Part shown: one piece after another, positions 1 to 10,699 of the stretch
How the letters are laid out: every line of letters starts with the position of its first letter
Position numbering within the stretch: the stretch's first letter is position 1
Assembly (NCBI RefSeq): GCF_032064125.1
Contig: NZ_DAMBNZ010000012.1
Direction: 5' to 3' (one strand)
DNA from: Lacrimispora sp.
GTDB taxonomy: Bacteria; Bacillota; Clostridia; Lachnospirales; Lachnospiraceae
Length of the DNA: 64,000 nt
Translations under genes and position numbers: made by a program
Notes under the pieces: model-generated
What the model saw: only the letters and a program-made list of their open reading frames with translations
Told to the model about the DNA's origin: nothing
Database searches by the model: none

Positions 1-1505
1 TGCCTTCCTTTATTTTTTTAATATACAGCAACTTTTCGAATTACCAACCACATTTAGATTTATATAGATTTTGAGACAAAGAATTTTGCATACAATTTAC
101 AACTTTTTATCAAAAATTACTATGCTTATTTTATCATAATTTTTTAAACACAGCAATTACATAATCAAATGAAATTTACCGTAAGCGCATTGCTTAACAC
201 AATCTAAGGAAATGGCTACACTAGTGAACACGAATATATACATACTACGCTTTTATTGGCTATTTTTGCACGCAATAAATTTCATAAAGAAAGTTTTATC
301 ACAATCATACACAACATAGTTATATGCAACCTCGTTATTTTTCCTATCTCTCAATAATTTCCCTTTCAATGTTCCCGAGTCATCACTTCAATACTTAACA
401 TCTATAGAATTTTCTTTTTGCATCTTGTGATAATTCTTTTAATAATGAAATAACTGCAGTGGCCATTAAGCATATACATAACAATAATAGCATTAATGCC
501 GTCTGTTTCTTATAAAAAATCTTATTATCAATTAATGTATAAAACTAAAATAACTAATAATGCTAATATACATGCTTTCATACATTAGTCATCCTAAGTT
601 CCATATACTAGAGAGAATTTATAATATATCGTTTGCTAAATAAAAATCAACATTTTCTCTCTCATCTTTCCATATCAGTGATGAATAATTTATAATCTAA
701 ATTAAACAGAATATTATATATGATGACCAACTTCCTTAATAATTAATAATATGAAAATCAACAATATTGGGTCTTTATTGAAAAAAGCTATTGTAAATGT
801 AAAATGAAAAAATAGTAAAACAACAAAAACTTCGGATATATTTTGATAAGAAAAACGCTTTTTAACCACATTTTAAAGTTTCTATCTTTAATCAATATAA
901 ATAAGACCATTTCAATATAAAAAGACAGCAACTCAACAAATGCAGATGAATAACACAGAAAAGTAGGAATTTTCATCCAAGCATAGTATTCTACTCTATT
1001 TGGGTTTTCCATAAATAATATAGTTGTAATCCGTGGAATAATACTTTGTGAAATAATTAATTTAATAAAACAATATTCATGCATATTGAATCTTTATATA
1101 ATTAATTAACCAATGCCATTACCCTCCTAATTATAATGGTTAAAAAACATCATACACGATTTTAGCTAATAGTACAATTCCTCCAAACGATACCAATAAT
1201 ATAAGAAACTATTTTCTTAATTGATTTTTAAGCCCGAAAAATAGCACAGGTGCAGTTATAAAATAAAATTTCCAAAGCACTTTGAAATAATACTTCAATT
1301 TCTGCAATAAAAAATCACCTCCTTCAATTTTTCCTATTAATGCAGATACCGCATTATATTTAGGTAAATCATCCGACTGTTTACAAAACTTACCAAAAAC
1401 AGATGAAATCGCGCATCCTATAATTGCTATTAAAATAATGACTCTATTTTTTTATTCGCACCCCAACTACACACTGGTGGTTTTTACCCTTACCATTTTT
1501 TCTAA

Positions 1506-3050
1506 TTAAATCTCTCTTCCTTCAAATTGCACTATCAAATATTGAATTCCAGAACCGGCTAAAATACAAATATAAGGGTAAGTTACAACTTTATATCTTG
1601 GCTGATTCTCTAATAAAAGCATTAACAACATAAATCCTACAATAAATAAAGAACTTAAAAAAAAGATAAAATTTGTTTTTTCTTTTAGGGATAGTCGACA
1701 ACCTAGAAACACTAAAACTCCAATCATAAGATAATAACCCTGAAAAATAATAGCGTCGTCTGGTCGTTGTATATATATGCGTTTTTCAGGCTCAATTGTT
1801 TCTTGGGAGAAGTACAAATAATCCATTCCTTGCCACGCACCTGTTAGCTTTTTTATAAAAAACTGAAAAGTTATGTGTTTATTTTGATCAATATCTTTCT
1901 TAAGAGAATCCATAACAATTTGCCCAGCTTTATCATAGTCAAATCCAGATTCAATTACTTCGTTACGATACTCCCAACCAACCTCTGGATTCCATATTCC
2001 ACATGAATCAGACGAAAGTCCAATGTTTAAATAGTGAGGGGTTAGATCTCTATTAACTGTCCTTCCCACAAAATAATCCAGAAACATGAAGCCAAGGACA
2101 TTAGCCATTAAATATGAAGTTAAAAATATAGTAATTCCTACTATTCGAAAAGGTACTACAGTTATCTTACTCGCACACTTTTCTCTTGTTATAGGTTGAG
2201 AAGAATCAAAAAATACAAAAAACATTGATATAAACAACGCAATCATCATAATCTTATCTGTACGTTTAAAAAAACCAGACAGACTAATACAAAGTGCAGG
2301 GAACACATATCCCAATGCTCTCCACATTGGTGTTGCAGAATTTGTTTCCCTATTCGTTAAGGCAAGCAAAACAAGTCCTAACAACAACAAAAAAATATGC
2401 ACAAATTCTGGTGAAAGTAACACTAGATATACAAGCTGAGATGGCCACACCGCATACATTATTGCTGATGTTATAGCGACTATATGTACATATTTATCTC
2501 GCAAAGTAAGCATTACTAAAAAGTATATAAGAACCACCGAGCCCGATTCCAAAAAAGCATTAGCTATAATACCTACAAGTTCTGAGGCTCCAAATAACTT
2601 CAATATTATTTTTAGATAAAAAACATACATTCCCCAATTAGAGAATATTGCATAGTGGTCAATGTGAATGGGAATGGCTTTTTGTGCCGCCTGAAATGCC
2701 ATCATAAAATCAGACAGTTGAGTTGTACCACGACCGATATAATAAATAATACCCAGTCTCAGAAAAAGAGCGAAAAAGAAAAGAAAGCTTGCTATCTGCT
2801 TCCATTTCGCCGAACCATTTACTCTTTTTCTTATTTTATATGCAATACCAATGAGTATACAAAAAAACAACAAAGGAATTAACAATACTTTTATAAAACC
2901 AGAAGATGCTCCATTGAATACCAAAAGATATTGAAAAGGTAAACATATAAAAATATAAGCAGAAAGAAGTATAAAAAAACGCCAAAATACATAATATAGT
3001 GGAGTAACTAATCTTAGAATTTTTCTATTTATACCATTCATCTGATACAT
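1506..3050 (-). CDS. Polytopic membrane protein, GT-C-like (ArnT/PMT-type glycosyltransferase fold suspected)
   Basis: Long ORF with more than 10 hydrophobic segments and a soluble loop near the C-terminal third. An acidic motif (LSDF) follows an early TM helix, as in GT-C enzymes. Start moved from 3077 to the ATG at 3050 because GGAGGA lies 6 nt upstream (atatggaggattttttATG). Family call is by eye only. Confidence 0.5.
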   Translation of the reverse strand: MYQMNGINRKILRLVTPLYYVFWRFFILLSAYIFICLPFQYLLVFNGASSGFIKVLLIPLLFFCILIGIAYKIRKRVNGSAKWKQIASFLFFFALFLRLGIIYYIGRGTTQLSDFMMAFQAAQKAIPIHIDHYAIFSNWGMYVFYLKIILKLFGASELVGIIANAFLESGSVVLIYFLVMLTLRDKYVHIVAITSAIMYAVWPSQLVYLVLLSPEFVHIFLLLLGLVLLALTNRETNSATPMWRALGYVFPALCISLSGFFKRTDKIMMIALFISMFFVFFDSSQPITREKCASKITVVPFRIVGITIFLTSYLMANVLGFMFLDYFVGRTVNRDLTPHYLNIGLSSDSCGIWNPEVGWEYRNEVIESGFDYDKAGQIVMDSLKKDIDQNKHITFQFFIKKLTGAWQGMDYLYFSQETIEPEKRIYIQRPDDAIIFQGYYLMIGVLVFLGCRLSLKEKTNFIFFLSSLFIVGFMLLMLLLENQPRYKVVTYPYICILAGSGIQYLIVQFEGREI

Positions 3051-3372
3051 AAAAAATCCTCCATATATATTTTTCATTCAGTAAAATTGAAATTTTACGA
3101 GAGTGTAATTGTTGCAAAAGAACTCACTTCATTTTTTAATTTCGGGGAATATCATGTGATAAAAACTTTCATATAAAAAACGTATATCACTAAATCCATC
3201 TTTGTAGGGGTTGCTACAAAACTTTAAAATTATATTTTAGTCACAAACAACAGTAGCCTTAGGTGTATACTATATTTATCCTTTAATAATACGAACAATT
3301 ACTTTTAGAATTAATACATACATCTTATATGTTTTACATAATAGGATATTTTTTTTTTAGGCTTACTAAAGT

Positions 3373-4869
3373 TTATCTTTTAATTATTTTGGAAATTTCA
3401 AATTTCTTATAGAAACTATTAAAAAAAAGATCTCCAACTGTATAATAAAAAGCAAAATAAAATGTCTCATTTGTCAGATAAAAGTGTTTAATACTATCAG
3501 CTGAAGAATCACCTAATATAACAGTTACGGCAGATAAAAAACTAATTAAACATGCTACTAACAATATACAATAAAATAAAAAATAATTACTATCTTTAAA
3601 ATAAAGAATTTTCCGTACTGCATAAAAAACTATTAACATCATTACACTTACGTAGAAGCACCAATGATTCCACGTGATTACTTGCGAAACTTTTGAATAG
3701 GCAGAAAAACGTTGATCGAAATAATCAGGCTGTGTATTGTAGCCTTTATGGTGTGTCCCATATTTTGGAAATCTAAATAACTGTTCATCTTTTAATGTTA
3801 TTAATCGAAAAAATATTTCTGGTTCAGTTAATAACATCTTAATTTCTTTACTACGATTGAATTTAGTACTATCATAAAACATTGTCTTCAATTCTGGATC
3901 TGGATCTCCTTCAAATATATTATAACCTATGTGTGGTTTTATAAGTGCAATTTCTTTTTCTGAATATCCTGCTGAGGTAAGTATTTTTTCTGGTTCCTTA
4001 GAAAGCAATAAAATATCTTTTAGAACTACATTAGCTGTAGTAGGAGCATTTGAACTATTTGGCAAAGAAATGCAAACAAATACTGGTATAGTAAACAATA
4101 AATTTAAACATATAATTGTTCCTATACGCATGAATTTCAATTTGAATATATGCTTCAATTGGGGTTGCTTTAAAATTCGATCTAGTTGCATACAAAGAAT
4201 AATCAAAATCCCAAATAATGATAAAATATTTTGATATTTTGCAAGAAGGAAAAAATAAGCACAAATGATTTCACAAATATAAACTGTTATTATTGACCTA
4301 AAACAATCACATGTAATAAAAGTAAACGCTAGAGTAAAGAATAAAACTAAAAAAACTAAAGAAGCTGCTTCACCATAAAATGTATTAAAATATACAACAT
4401 GTGTTACATCTGTAAAAAAACAAAAAAGAAATATACCTATTATTATGGATTTCAAAAATTTCATTTTTTTTATTAGATTAAAAGCCAGTATAATTGCTAT
4501 AGTATATATCAAAAAATACACTAATCCAAGCCAACGAATGTCAAAAATATTTGTATCATACGCAAATAAATAATGCAAAGCAACTGCTATTTTTAGCAAA
4601 AGACTTGCAGAAGAAACAAATCCAGTTTCCATTGGAGTAATAAACTTAAATGTAGGAATCATATAGTGTATAAATGATTGTTCGTAGTTAAGATATGGAT
4701 CTTCCAAGTAATCTAAACCAACAACAAACGACAATCGCCCAAAATCTCCATTATTGGCAAGACCAATATATGGATTAACAAATAACTGTATACCCACACA
4801 TATAATAGTAAAAATCATTAGAATGATATTTAACCGCCTTGCTATTCCTGTTATTTTCATCTTACTCAC
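3373..4869 (-). CDS. Polytopic membrane protein of unknown function (possible GT-C-like glycan-modifying enzyme)
   Basis: 498-aa ORF with many TM segments, an NNGDFGR motif in the first loop and a soluble segment around aa 270-400. The track start is a GTG 11 nt after GGAGG; an alternative ATG lies at 4860. Confidence 0.45.
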   Translation of the reverse strand: MSKMKITGIARRLNIILMIFTIICVGIQLFVNPYIGLANNGDFGRLSFVVGLDYLEDPYLNYEQSFIHYMIPTFKFITPMETGFVSSASLLLKIAVALHYLFAYDTNIFDIRWLGLVYFLIYTIAIILAFNLIKKMKFLKSIIIGIFLFCFFTDVTHVVYFNTFYGEAASLVFLVLFFTLAFTFITCDCFRSIITVYICEIICAYFFLLAKYQNILSLFGILIILCMQLDRILKQPQLKHIFKLKFMRIGTIICLNLLFTIPVFVCISLPNSSNAPTTANVVLKDILLLSKEPEKILTSAGYSEKEIALIKPHIGYNIFEGDPDPELKTMFYDSTKFNRSKEIKMLLTEPEIFFRLITLKDEQLFRFPKYGTHHKGYNTQPDYFDQRFSAYSKVSQVITWNHWCFYVSVMMLIVFYAVRKILYFKDSNYFLFYCILLVACLISFLSAVTVILGDSSADSIKHFYLTNETFYFAFYYTVGDLFFNSFYKKFEISKIIKR

Positions 4870-5297
4870 TTTAGAATAAACCTCCGAATTAATAAGTTAC
4901 TAAACTTTCTATTTAATTATTAGAATACAATCTTTTTACCAAAATCACCTTCACTATATCCATTTTCATAACCCACCTTAATGAGAAATAAACCTGTAGG
5001 TTATGGAACTCAATAGTTTCTTTCACTGTAAATTCATTTTTTCTTCTGTTATTCTTTTCTTATAAAGCTGACACAATACAAAAAACGTGGAGTACAGTGG
5101 CGAGACTGTTAGCAGCTACATCTCATTTATATATCGTGGTTTATCCATTGAGGCATCAATGAATGACCCATCCGTAGTTCGTAAACTTATCTCTTCCAAA
5201 GTTAACTCGATTTAGCCTTACGACCAGTCCCTGATCGTTTTATAACTAAAAATTTCAAGAGTTTTTTATTATCAATTAAAATCTTTCGTAAAAAACA

Positions 5298-6260
5298 ATG
5301 TGGACTCAATGTCCACAAAACCTGTATTTATGCCTACATTGGAATCACCAATATAGATAGCCGTACCGATTATGAACAAGCTCGCTTTTTTCCCTTTTCC
5401 AAAGGTAGAGGAATTAGCTGGATGGCTTGCTAACTATCATTGCATAGAAACTTGTTTAGAATTTTAGGCAAGTATTGAATCCCTTTATTTAGTGCTCTTG
5501 AGAAAACGTGATTTGTTGTTCTTGCGCATTCCAAATACACAAAACCTCAAAAAGGAAATAAGACAGATAGTAAGGAGGCAGAGTGGATCTTCGATCTGTT
5601 AATAAGTTATATGATTAAGCCTTCCTCTATTCCTCCTGTTCAAATCCGTCACTTAAAGTATCTTGTTAGATGCAAGTTTAGACTTACTTGTATACTGCTT
5701 GGTTAAAAGAACCATGCTCACAAATGTCTCATGATATCAAGCCTTAAATTTCTCCCGAATGTGTAGTTAAACTTCGCCAGTGTCAGAATCACATAGGCGA
5801 AATGGAAAAACACATACCTCAAATAGAACGGGGATTTCGGGTGTCAGTGATCATTCTCTTAATGCTCTAAATCTCTTACGTATTGTACCTGAATTCGATA
5901 AGACTTTAATCACAGCAATTCAAGTCATTTCAAAAATCGAAGGTCATATGTCTGTCTGTCTTACCCACAGCAAAATTCCCCGTTTACTGGGGGGGATGTT
6001 GTTTTAGTTAAGATCAAAGCGCTAATAAAATCAACTAAAATTTCCCGTGCTGATTCTTATTTAAACCAGTTCTGGTTCAAATTGCAGATGCTCTCGTTGA
6101 AACACTCTGAATTTATCCATCTCTATCGACATATCCAAATCTCGTCGTGGTCATAAGAAAGCTATTATTGCAATCTAGATATGCTCCTGACCACTATCTG
6201 GCACATACTCTCAGATTTAATACCAAATTTACCGAAAGACTTTCTTGAACTCTGCCCTGA
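5298..6260 (+). pseudogene. IS110-family transposase remnant with multiple stops and frameshifts
   Basis: Translated fragments match conserved IS110 blocks: GKY*IPLFSALEK (cf. ESTGxYWxPxxxxLE), KGNKTDSKEAEWIFDLL (cf. KTDxxDAxWIAxLL), SSIPPVQIRHLKYLVRCKFRL (cf. PxxxxRxLRxLxRxR) and SRRGHKKAIIAI near the C-terminus. No intact frame remains. Confidence 0.6.
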
Positions 6261-6300
6261 GAAGGTATCTAAAATACAATTAAAAATCACTGCAAAGAAA

Positions 6301-9300
6301 TTAGAAAGCTTTACGACTCCATGCCTCTAACAGTAGTCTTTCATTCTTATTATGCCATTTATTTAAAAAGTAATTTCCATTTCGCTCCATCAGATCGCTA
6401 TGTTTCGTTGTTCCAGAATTTGTAGTCTGATGAGGCAAATGCATGATTCCCATATAAGGACAATATACTGTCTTTAAACCAAGATCTCTTACTTGAAAAG
6501 ATAAATCCGTATCTTCATAACAAGTTGGATCATACTTTTCATCAAATCCATCTGTTTTATTAAATATATCTCTTTTAATTACAAATCCACTTGTGGCTAA
6601 ATACGAAATATTATCTCTAAACAACTGATTACTCTTAACCGCTCTATTAGGATAATAATCTACAATAGGTCCAGTTAATAATCCTTCATTAAACCAACCA
6701 GCTCCCCAAGACAATGCGCCAATACCTTTATAACCTTTTAAGATATATAAAGCACTATCTAACCATCGATCACATATCACCCACTGGTCACTGTCTAAGA
6801 AAACAAAAATTTCACCATGTGCATTTTTAACACCTAAATTTCTTCCAGATGAACAACCATTAACTTCGTTTTTTACAAGGGTTATTAATCCACTATACTT
6901 TTTCTGCAATAATTCAAAGGAACCATCTGTACTATTATTATCAACTACCACTATTTGGTATTCATATCTATTTTTGTGCTTGAGTAAGGAATCTATGCAT
7001 CTAAATATTACTGATTTATTATTATAATTTAAAACAATTATTGATATTTTTTTCTGTTTGATTTCTTCTTGACCAATAAAATCCAATTCCCCTAGATTCA
7101 ATAAACTATTACATCTGTTATACCATGAGTTTTCAGAAATAAACTCATCTGGATTAACAACTTCAGTATCATTATCATTTATATATTTTACCCATATCTT
7201 ATAATCTTCCGTACATATGGTATTTGGGTAATTAATAATATCGGGTAAAGGAGTAGCCAATACCATTTTTTTCATTGCTATATATTCAAATATTTTTAGA
7301 GGAGATACATATTTACCTATTTCGCAATTTTTAAATGGCAGTAATGCTATATTACTAAATTTCAAATATGCAGGAAGTTCTTGTTGCTTTTTCAACCCTA
7401 AGAAATGAACATTGCTTGGCATTGACTTTACAATTTGTGGTATCCCTGAATAATCACCAATCATATTAAAAGTACTATCAGGACAATTGATAGCTGTATT
7501 TTTAATAATATCCCAGTCAAACCATTCTCCCCATAACGATCCAAAATATATTAATGTTTTTTTTCGTCCAATTTTCAAATCCTTTGGCTGCTGATAAAAA
7601 TATTCTGATTCAAACATTGTAATATTAACTGCATTGGGTAAATATGCAATTTCCTTGTTTGTATGTTTTTGTATTTGTTTTACAAGTTCCAAACTTGTTG
7701 CAACCAATATATCACTTAACTGAATAAATATATCAAATGAAGCCTTATTATATAATAATGAACCTAAACTCGTCTCCCAGTTATCGATATGCTCATAGAT
7801 TGTTTTTACATTTAATTGCTTAGCTTTTTCTAGATATGGAACAAATTTAAAATATGGTGCTTCAAAAATAAAAATGGCCTCCTCTTTTATATTCTCAAAT
7901 ATATTGTGAACTTGAATATTATCAATATGCTCATGCTGGATTGCAGGCATTGTCAAATCATATTTAACACTCTCACTAGAATCAAATGCATAATAATAGT
8001 ACACATCATAACCCATTTTATTGAACGTATTAGCTAATTGTGAACACCTTTGCCCTCCACCTATATCATAATAAGGCACACCACAGAACAAATAAATCTG
8101 TCTGGTATTTTTACAGTTACTTTCAGTATTTAAATAATTAATGCTTTGATTATTATCTGATATATTATTTAGCATCTCCTCTAAGTTTGTCTGGGCAATT
8201 GATAACTTATCGAACTTATACAATGAATTACAATTATATTTTGTTTTACGTAGTAATTTATTTAAAGAGTATTTTATAAAATCTTTTTTTGCAAGTTTAT
8301 CACCGTGAAAAAGTTGCTCTTTTATTCTCCTTAAATACAATAATTTTTTATAGCTGTTTGCATTACGCGCTTCTGTAATATAATTATAACTCTCTAATAT
8401 ATAGTTCTTATTTTTACTTAACCTATCTTTCATTTCTTGTGAATCTGCTTCCTTATCGCCTTGTACCTTTTTTATTAAATTCTTTAAATCCACAGATTCC
8501 TCATTCAAATCCAGATTTTGATTTTCTAAACTCTTGTTTTGACTTTCCAAATCCTTAATTTGTTCATTTGACAAATACAAATTATCATTTAATCTCTGCC
8601 AATCATTTTTCAATTCTTGATATTCAGTTTGTAATCGTTTGTTATTTTCATTCACCAAGTTTTCAGTTAGATCTGATAAAAAACTCGCTTTTATTATGCT
8701 TTTGTCTTTTGAATAAATTAATAATAATTGCTCCTTACCATAATACTCTGAATTGCAGTATACAGATCTTGCATAAACTAAAAAAGAATCTTCTAGCTTG
8801 CAAGGAATCATATTGGTGTCTAGCTTCACTTCATGTTCTTCTATTTCAAAATCTTCTCTAAATGGAATTAACAACACAAGATAATTAGATGTTCTTTTTT
8901 CCAACATTTTTAATACTTGATGCGTATTCCTAAAATGTTCTATAGTATTGGAGGAAAAAATCACAGGATAAATATCTTCTTTTTCTGGCTGTAACATATT
9001 TGAGACCTTAAAAAAATACTCCTCATATTTTTTACCTGCCCGAATAATTGCCTCATCAGAAAAGTCCTCTCCAACAATTTTTGCAGTTGGAAATGTAGAC
9101 TGTAGTATTGGTATTGAATCCCCTTCTGCACATCCCAAATCACATATTGTATACTCATTTCTACAAACATCCTTTACAAACCAATCAGGCATTAACCTAC
9201 ATGCTAATTGAGCAAAATATTTTGTTTGTTCCATTCCCATATGATCATTCCAATCGTTCGTTTTAAATCGATTATTCCAATATTCCCTTGAATTGATTTG

Positions 9301-9306
9301 CTCCAT
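6301..9306 (-). CDS. Multidomain glycan polymerase/terminator: class I SAM methyltransferase, coiled coil, GT-B (GT4-like) and GT2
   Basis: Methyltransferase motif I is ICDLGCAEGD (nt ~8833-9288). A heptad-rich Q/E/N/L segment spans aa ~218-305 (nt ~8413-8676). The GT-B C-terminal motif is SPLKIFEYIAMKKMVLAT (nt ~7093-8100). GT2 motifs are ISIIVLNYNN, VVDNNSTDGS and FLDSDQ (nt ~6328-7050). The track start at 9327 is a TTG; the ATG at 9306 is preceded by GGAGTGAG. Confidence 0.8.
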   Translation of the reverse strand: MEQINSREYWNNRFKTNDWNDHMGMEQTKYFAQLACRLMPDWFVKDVCRNEYTICDLGCAEGDSIPILQSTFPTAKIVGEDFSDEAIIRAGKKYEEYFFKVSNMLQPEKEDIYPVIFSSNTIEHFRNTHQVLKMLEKRTSNYLVLLIPFREDFEIEEHEVKLDTNMIPCKLEDSFLVYARSVYCNSEYYGKEQLLLIYSKDKSIIKASFLSDLTENLVNENNKRLQTEYQELKNDWQRLNDNLYLSNEQIKDLESQNKSLENQNLDLNEESVDLKNLIKKVQGDKEADSQEMKDRLSKNKNYILESYNYITEARNANSYKKLLYLRRIKEQLFHGDKLAKKDFIKYSLNKLLRKTKYNCNSLYKFDKLSIAQTNLEEMLNNISDNNQSINYLNTESNCKNTRQIYLFCGVPYYDIGGGQRCSQLANTFNKMGYDVYYYYAFDSSESVKYDLTMPAIQHEHIDNIQVHNIFENIKEEAIFIFEAPYFKFVPYLEKAKQLNVKTIYEHIDNWETSLGSLLYNKASFDIFIQLSDILVATSLELVKQIQKHTNKEIAYLPNAVNITMFESEYFYQQPKDLKIGRKKTLIYFGSLWGEWFDWDIIKNTAINCPDSTFNMIGDYSGIPQIVKSMPSNVHFLGLKKQQELPAYLKFSNIALLPFKNCEIGKYVSPLKIFEYIAMKKMVLATPLPDIINYPNTICTEDYKIWVKYINDNDTEVVNPDEFISENSWYNRCNSLLNLGELDFIGQEEIKQKKISIIVLNYNNKSVIFRCIDSLLKHKNRYEYQIVVVDNNSTDGSFELLQKKYSGLITLVKNEVNGCSSGRNLGVKNAHGEIFVFLDSDQWVICDRWLDSALYILKGYKGIGALSWGAGWFNEGLLTGPIVDYYPNRAVKSNQLFRDNISYLATSGFVIKRDIFNKTDGFDEKYDPTCYEDTDLSFQVRDLGLKTVYCPYMGIMHLPHQTTNSGTTKHSDLMERNGNYFLNKWHNKNERLLLEAWSRKAF

Positions 9307-9310
9307 ATTC

Positions 9311-10687
9311 TCACTCCATATTTTCAATTTTTATATCTGTTTTGATATCTACTATTCCAAAAATCTTTTTATCAGAATAAATCTTAAAATATTTTGCACC
9401 TTCGATATATTCGTAATATATAATTGCAGGATTTTTTCTATCTTCTAAAGCAACCACAAGATAGTAGTCGCCAACAGCTAAATGTGTTATTAACGAAAAT
9501 GTGACAGCTTGCTTTTTATTAGGAGTATCAAAATATATATCCTCGTCATAGGTTGTTTTAACAATCAAATCTGTTCCTTCTTTATTTTTAATTGAAAATG
9601 CAACTGAAAATTTGTTTAAATTATCTATAACGGTACTATCAAATACAACTTTTATTTTAATCATGTCCTCTGGTGAAAAATGATTTTTTTCAAAATCATT
9701 TTCAGTGGTTAACATAACGTTCTTTATCGTCCCAATATTTGTTCCCCAGTGTGTGATCGATTTATCTTCTGATTTATCTTCTATTTTATCTTGTATTTTT
9801 TCTTCCACCTTTACTTCTGGACCACCTTTTATGTGAACCATTCCAATAACTTCTTTATCTTCACCGCCACTTAACTCTTCATCTATAACATTCATCTTCT
9901 TCTCATCTTTTTGAAACATTTTATATGTTGTAAACTCAGAAATATCATCCAAATACATAAATTCAGTATATTTTGATACGACATATGCAGGATCTCCAGC
10001 CATTACAATTTCACCATTATTCAGCCAGACTGTTGAATCACAAAATGTTTTCATCAATCCTACATCGTGCCCTACATATAAGATAGTAACTCCTTTTTTC
10101 TTGAATTCTTTAAACTTATTAAAACATTTTGATTGAAATCTCATATCTCCTACACTTAAAATTTCATCCACTATTAAGATATCAGGTTCAACATTAATTG
10201 CACAAGAAAATGCAAGCCGTGCAAACATACCACTGGAATAAGTTTTCACCGGTTGATTTACATAATCCCCTATTTCTGCAAAGTCAATAATTTCCTGCAG
10301 CCTATCATCTATTTGCTCTCTCGTTAATTTCATTAGCATACCATAGAAGTAGATATTTTCAATCCCACTATATTCCATATTAAAACCCGCACCGAGTTCC
10401 AGTAGTGATGATATTCTTCCTTCAACTAAAACATCGCCATAAGTTGGTCTCAATACTCCTGTTATTATCTTTAAAAGGGTGGATTTTCCAGCACCATTTC
10501 TCCCCATAATACCTAGAATTTCACCATGCTTAACCTTAAAATTCACATTTTTAAGTGCCCAAAAGTCCGTGTGCAAGCTCTTTCCGGTTAGACTTAAACC
10601 CTCTTTCATTTTGTCTATCGGATTATTATACATTTTATAGGATTTTGAAACATTATTAACTATAATTTTATATTCTGAATTTTTCAT
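9311..10687 (-). CDS. wzt: Polysaccharide/O-antigen-type ABC exporter ATP-binding protein with C-terminal Wzt_C-like domain
   Basis: Walker A GRNGAGKST, signature YSSGM, Walker B ILIVDE. An acidic K/E/D linker is followed by a ~160-aa beta-rich C-terminal domain (nt ~9311-9790). Lies directly downstream of the ABC-2 permease. Confidence 0.85.
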   Translation of the reverse strand: MKNSEYKIIVNNVSKSYKMYNNPIDKMKEGLSLTGKSLHTDFWALKNVNFKVKHGEILGIMGRNGAGKSTLLKIITGVLRPTYGDVLVEGRISSLLELGAGFNMEYSGIENIYFYGMLMKLTREQIDDRLQEIIDFAEIGDYVNQPVKTYSSGMFARLAFSCAINVEPDILIVDEILSVGDMRFQSKCFNKFKEFKKKGVTILYVGHDVGLMKTFCDSTVWLNNGEIVMAGDPAYVVSKYTEFMYLDDISEFTTYKMFQKDEKKMNVIDEELSGGEDKEVIGMVHIKGGPEVKVEEKIQDKIEDKSEDKSITHWGTNIGTIKNVMLTTENDFEKNHFSPEDMIKIKVVFDSTVIDNLNKFSVAFSIKNKEGTDLIVKTTYDEDIYFDTPNKKQAVTFSLITHLAVGDYYLVVALEDRKNPAIIYYEYIEGAKYFKIYSDKKIFGIVDIKTDIKIENME

Positions 10688-10699
10688 TATTTAACTCCA

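Noticed and set aside
2294-2882. Plus-strand ORFs 2294-2476 and 2655-2882 inside the 1506-3050 gene. The same kind of antisense ORF occurs at 3929-4234, 4055-4264, 8568-8861, 8961-9170, 10908-11102 and 12920-13114.
   Set aside because: Short ORFs antisense or out of frame within long, well-supported membrane-protein or GT genes. They have no RBS and a low-complexity composition driven by AT-rich codons.
5780-6007. 75-aa ORF on the plus strand.
   Set aside because: It lies inside the degraded IS110 transposase remnant and is one of its out-of-frame pieces, not an independent gene.
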